64,000 nt of DNA from Candidatus Multivorans sp. (lineage in GTDB: Bacteria > Acidobacteriota > Thermoanaerobaculia > Multivoradales > Multivoraceae): contig OZ251997.1 in assembly GCA_965247095.1 (NCBI GenBank), forward strand, positions 32,001-96,000. The letters run 5' to 3'. Shown in pieces: positions 59,891 through 64,000 of this stretch. The position numbers and the translations under genes were made by a program. The notes under the pieces are model-generated. The model had not been told where the DNA came from, ran no database searches, and was given only the letters and a program-made list of their open reading frames with translations. Position 1 is the first letter of the stretch, and every line of letters begins with the position of its first letter.

Positions 59891-61572
59891 CAAGGGTTGA
59901 CGCCCGGGACCATGGGCAGGTTGAGGCCTTGCTCGCGCGCACAGGCGATCGCTTCGTCGTAGCCGGCGTCGGCGTGCCGCATGACCCCTGATGCGGGGTC
60001 GTTCCATAGCACTCGCTCGATCCGCCGGTCCGCGTCCTCGCTGCCGTCGCAGACGATGACGAACCCGGCGTGCTGGGAGTACCCCATGCCGACGCCGCCG
60101 CCGTGATGCACGGACACCCAGGTCGCGCCGCTTGCGGTGTTCAGCATGGCGTTGAGGAAGGCCCAGTCGGAGACGGCGTCGGAACCGTCCCGCATCGCCT
60201 CGGTCTCGCGGTTCGGGCTCGCGACCGATCCGCTGTCGAGGTGATCGCGGCCGATGACGACGGGCGCCTGCAGCTCGCCGCGCCGGACCATCTCGTTGAA
60301 GGCGAGGCCGATGCGGTGACGCTGCCCCAAACCCACCCAGCAGATGCGCGATGGCAGCCCCTGGAACTGGATCTTCTCGCGCGCCTCGTCCAGCCAGTGG
60401 TGCAGGTGCGGGTCGTCGGGGATCAGTTCCTTGACCCGCGCGTCGGTGCGGTAGATGTCCTCGGGGTCGCCGGACAGCGCGGCCCAGCGGAAGGGGCCGA
60501 TTCCGCGGCAGAACAGGGGGCGGACGTAGGCCGGCACGAAGCCCGGAAAGTCGAACGCGTTCTCCACCCCGGCGCCGAGCGCCTCCTGGCGGATGTTGTT
60601 GCCGTAGTCGAACGTGGGCACCCCGGCTTCGTGGAAGCCGAGCATGGCGCGGACGTGGACCGCGATCGACTCGCGGGCTGCCGCCGCGACCGCGTCGGGC
60701 TCGCTGGCCCGGCGCGCCTGCCACTCTTCGACGCTCCAGCCGATCGGCAGGTAGCCGTTCGCCGGGTCGTGTGCCGATGTCTGATCGGTCAGCGCATCGG
60801 GCCGGACGCCGCGGGCCAGCAACTGGGGCAGAACCTCCGCGGCATTGCCAAGCAGGCCGACAGTCAACGGCGACCGCGCTTCGACCGAGGCCTGGATCAC
60901 GGCCAGCGCCTCGTCGAGGGACTCTGCCCGCGTGTCGAGGTACCCAGTTTGAAGCCGCTTTTCGATCTGGTCCGCCTGACACTCGATCGCGAGCAGCGAC
61001 GCCCCGGCCATCTTTGCCGCCAGCGGTTGCGCTCCTCCCATGCCGCCGAGTCCGGCGGTCAGGATGAAGCGCCCGGAGAGATCGCCGCCGTAGTGCTGGC
61101 GGCCCATCTCGACGAAGGTCTCGTAGGTGCCCTGGATGATTCCCTGGCTGCCGATGTAGATCCACGATCCGGCGGTCATTTGCCCGTACATCATCAAACC
61201 CAGCCGGTCGAGTTCCCGGAAGTGCTCCCAGGTCGCCCACGCGGGGACGAGGTTCGAGTTGGCGATGAGCACCCGCGGAGCGTCGGGGTGGGTTCGGAAC
61301 ACCCCGACGGGCTTTCCGGACTGGACGACCAGCGTCTCGTCGGCTTCGAGTTCCCGCAGCGTCTCGACGATCGCCTCGTAGGCCGCCCAGTTGCGCGCCG
61401 CCTTGCCGATCCCCCCGTAGACGACGAGATCCTCTGGCCGCTCCGCGACTTCGGGGTCGAGGTTGTTCATCAGCATGCGCAACGGCGCCTCGGTCAGCCA
61501 GCTCTTCGCTGACAGCCGGTTGCCGGTGGGCGCCTTGATTGGTCCGGTAAGGGTGCTCTTCATTCCCGTCAT
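59890..61572 (-). CDS. hutU: Urocanate hydratase, 560 aa
   Basis: [47 protein letters not shown]; GGAGG RBS before ATG 61572. Confidence 0.97.
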   Translation of the reverse strand: MTGMKSTLTGPIKAPTGNRLSAKSWLTEAPLRMLMNNLDPEVAERPEDLVVYGGIGKAARNWAAYEAIVETLRELEADETLVVQSGKPVGVFRTHPDAPRVLIANSNLVPAWATWEHFRELDRLGLMMYGQMTAGSWIYIGSQGIIQGTYETFVEMGRQHYGGDLSGRFILTAGLGGMGGAQPLAAKMAGASLLAIECQADQIEKRLQTGYLDTRAESLDEALAVIQASVEARSPLTVGLLGNAAEVLPQLLARGVRPDALTDQTSAHDPANGYLPIGWSVEEWQARRASEPDAVAAAARESIAVHVRAMLGFHEAGVPTFDYGNNIRQEALGAGVENAFDFPGFVPAYVRPLFCRGIGPFRWAALSGDPEDIYRTDARVKELIPDDPHLHHWLDEAREKIQFQGLPSRICWVGLGQRHRIGLAFNEMVRRGELQAPVVIGRDHLDSGSVASPNRETEAMRDGSDAVSDWAFLNAMLNTASGATWVSVHHGGGVGMGYSQHAGFVIVCDGSEDADRRIERVLWNDPASGVMRHADAGYDEAIACAREQGLNLPMVPGVNP

Positions 61573-61597
61573 TCCCGCCTCCAAGATTCGGGGCCGC

Positions 61598-62944
61598 TTA
61601 CAGGTTCGCCATTGCTTCGGCGAATCCTCTGGCCGCCTGGGCGCGGTCGACGTGTTCGCCGTCGACCACCTGCCACTCGCCTTCGACCATGACCCGTTGG
61701 ATGGGAAGGCGGTAACCGGAGAATACCAGCGCGTCGAGCACGGTGGCGGCGCCGTGTCCGGCGAGCATCGGGTCGCCGTCGTCGAGGACGACCAGGTCGG
61801 CCGGCGCTCCCTCTTCGAGGCCCGGCTTGCCTTGGCCTGACGCCTGGGCGCCGCCGGCGAGGGCGCGCAGGAACAGCTCCTGGCCGACGTGAGGGTGGCG
61901 CAGGGTCGCCACGTTGCGCGACCGCGAGCGAAGGCGCTGCCCGTACTCGAGCCAGCGCAACTCCTCGAAGGGGTTGATCGAAACGTGACTGTCGGAACCG
62001 ATCGCGATCTCGCCGCCGGCCTTGAGAAAGGCCGCCAGCGGAAACAGCCCGTCGCCCAGGTTCGCCTCGGTCGTCGGGCACAGGCAGACGGTGGCCCCGG
62101 AGACCGCCAGGTCGCGGCATTCGTCCCCGTCCATGTGGGTTGCATGCACGAGGCACCAGTTCCGATCGACTTCGAAGCGGTCCAGCAGCCAACGGACCGG
62201 ACGCTGACCGTGGGTGGCCAGACACTCGTCGACCTCCCGCTGCTGCTCGGCGATGTGAAGGTGCATCGGCGCGCCGGTCTCCGTGGCTCGCGCCGCGACC
62301 TGCCTCAGCGACGGTTCGCTGACCGCGCGCAGGCTGTGGGCGCCGACCGCGACGCGAATGCGTCCGGACGCACGCTCGGCCGCGCGTTTCTGGTGGGCCA
62401 GAAACTCCGCCGCATCCATCGTGAAGTGCCGCTGGCAGGCCGTGGGATCGTCCCGGTCGAACCCGGCACGCTCGTAGATCACCGGCACATAGGTCAGCCG
62501 GATGCCGCTGGCCGAGGCGGCGCTGCGAACGGCCTCGAACATCGTGTCCGCGGTCCCGGAACCAGCCGGCGCCCGGTGCAGGTAGTGGAACTCGACCACC
62601 GAGGTGTACCCGCTTTCGAGCATCTCCACGTACGCCTGCCGGGCGATCGCGGCGAACCGGCCGGCGTCGAGGCGCCCGACGAGCCCGTACATCTGCCGGC
62701 GCCAGGTCCAGAAGCTGTCCCGGCCGGCCCCGGAGCGGTGCTCCGTCCTGCCGGCCAGCGCGCGTTGGAAGGCGTGGCTGTGCGCGTTGGTCAGACCCGG
62801 GATGACGATGCCGGCATCGTGGTCGACTGGCGAAGAATCGGCGTGATCGGTCGAGACCGCGACGACCCTGCCGCCTTTGACCACCAATAGCGCATCTTCC
62901 ACCCACCCCTGGGGCAGCAGTGCGCGACGAGCCTGGATCCTCAC
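61598..62944 (-). CDS. hutF: Formimidoylglutamate deiminase
   Basis: [55 protein letters not shown]; start reset to GTG 62944. Confidence 0.94.
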   Translation of the reverse strand: MRIQARRALLPQGWVEDALLVVKGGRVVAVSTDHADSSPVDHDAGIVIPGLTNAHSHAFQRALAGRTEHRSGAGRDSFWTWRRQMYGLVGRLDAGRFAAIARQAYVEMLESGYTSVVEFHYLHRAPAGSGTADTMFEAVRSAASASGIRLTYVPVIYERAGFDRDDPTACQRHFTMDAAEFLAHQKRAAERASGRIRVAVGAHSLRAVSEPSLRQVAARATETGAPMHLHIAEQQREVDECLATHGQRPVRWLLDRFEVDRNWCLVHATHMDGDECRDLAVSGATVCLCPTTEANLGDGLFPLAAFLKAGGEIAIGSDSHVSINPFEELRWLEYGQRLRSRSRNVATLRHPHVGQELFLRALAGGAQASGQGKPGLEEGAPADLVVLDDGDPMLAGHGAATVLDALVFSGYRLPIQRVMVEGEWQVVDGEHVDRAQAARGFAEAMANL

Positions 62945-62999
62945 CACGCTCCACCGTACTTTGTGGCAATCCCGAACACAACAGGGCAGGATCGAGTGC

Positions 63000-64000
63000 A
63001 TGGACCGACTCGACCCCTGGGATCTGTTGCTGACCGATGTCCGTATCGCGACGATGCGTGACGGCGACGGCGCCTACGGCGCGATCGAGGACGGCGCCCT
63101 GGCGATCGCCGGCGGCCTGATCGACTGGATCGGACCCGCTGCCGCGTTGCCGCGGGGCGAGGCTCGGGAAACCCGGTCGCTGGAGGGCCGTTGGATCACT
63201 CCGGCGCTCATCGACTGCCATACCCACCTGGTGTTCGGCGGTGACCGGGGGGCGGAGTTCGAGGCCCGGCTTCAGGGTACGAGCTACGAATCGATCGCGG
63301 CCGCCGGCGGCGGCATCATGGCGTCGGTGCGGGCGACCCGGGCGGCGACGGAAGACGAGCTCTACCGGGGTGCGCTGGATCGTCTCGAGGCCCTGGCCGC
63401 CGACGGGGCGGCGACGGTCGAGATCAAGTCGGGCTACGGCCTCGATCTGGACACCGAAGTGCGGATGCTTGAGGTGGCCCGCCGCTTGGGGCGGACTTCG
63501 GCCCTGACGATCCAGACGACGCTCCTCGCCGCCCACGCGGTGCCCCCGGAGTTCCAGGGGCGGCCGGACGACTACATCGAGTTCGTCGTCGCGGAGGTGC
63601 TGCCCGCGGCTGTCGAACGGAACCTCGCCGACGCGGTAGACGCCTTCTGCGAGGGGATCGCGTTCGACGCCGCGCAGGTCGCCAGGGTCTTCGAACGGGC
63701 GGTGGAGCTAGGCATGCCGGTCAAGCTGCACGCGGACCAACTGAGCGATGGCGGCGGCGCCGCGCTGGCCGCCCGTTTCGGGGCGGTCTCGGCCGATCAC
63801 CTGGAGTACGCATCTGCTTCGGGAGTGCAGGCACTCGCCGGCGCCGGGACGGTGGCGGTGTTGTTGCCCGGCGCCTGGCTGACCCTCAACGAAACCCGCC
63901 GCCCGCCGGTCGGCGAGTTCCGGCGACGGAGGGTACCGATCGCGATCGGCACCGACTGCAATCCGGGCACTTCGTCCTTGTGTTCTCTGCCGGAGGCGAT
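63000..64000 (+). CDS. hutI: Imidazolonepropionase, 3'-partial
   Basis: Not in the ORF track because it has no stop in the window; translates MDRLDPWDLLL...IDCHTHLVFGG...EIKSGYGL...DAFCE...HADQL...ADHLEY...TDCNPGTS. Confidence 0.95.
   Translation, partial: MDRLDPWDLLLTDVRIATMRDGDGAYGAIEDGALAIAGGLIDWIGPAAALPRGEARETRSLEGRWITPALIDCHTHLVFGGDRGAEFEARLQGTSYESIAAAGGGIMASVRATRAATEDELYRGALDRLEALAADGAATVEIKSGYGLDLDTEVRMLEVARRLGRTSALTIQTTLLAAHAVPPEFQGRPDDYIEFVVAEVLPAAVERNLADAVDAFCEGIAFDAAQVARVFERAVELGMPVKLHADQLSDGGGAALAARFGAVSADHLEYASASGVQALAGAGTVAVLLPGAWLTLNETRRPPVGEFRRRRVPIAIGTDCNPGTSSLCSLPEA

Noticed and set aside
59891-61240. Apparent 957-aa HutH fusion
   Set aside because: The extension is an off-frame reading of hutU; hutH starts at 59890.

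Overview
High-GC bacterial window with about 40 genes. No rRNA, tRNA or CRISPR array was seen. The gene repertoire (PQQ dehydrogenase, DUF3604 paralogs, secreted TldD pair, expanded CarboxypepD_reg-repeat proteins) resembles Acidobacteriota, possibly host- or sponge-associated; this is inference only. Left half: an accessory cell-envelope region with two tandem lipoprotein pairs and five secreted carboxypeptidase-regulatory-like repeat proteins (one frameshifted, one half-length). It also holds a YLDPxSGS microprotein plus NoeA-like kinase/methyltransferase cassette, an orphan AbrB antitoxin with a truncated PIN toxin, and catabolic genes (fused IOR, enoyl-CoA hydratase, SDR). Middle: an amidase / esterase / double CoA-transferase / serine hydrolase cluster, a 5'-3' exonuclease, and a complete IS1634 sitting 31 bp upstream of a two-domain, eukaryote-type MTHFR with a C-terminal SAM-regulatory domain (the top finding). 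Right half: an SDR/pbpC deletion scar, a second double CoA-transferase, a Tat-less Mo-bisPGD complex (FeS-NrfD fusion, catalytic subunit, TorD/DmsD chaperone fused to a VOC domain), an exported TldD/TldE-like pair, two DUF3604 paralogs and the hutF-hutU-hutH / hutI cluster. Eight copies of a double-hairpin REP-like repeat lie between genes, and many genes look leaderless (TANNNT 5-10 nt before the start codon). All family calls come from motif recognition by eye; no database searches were run.
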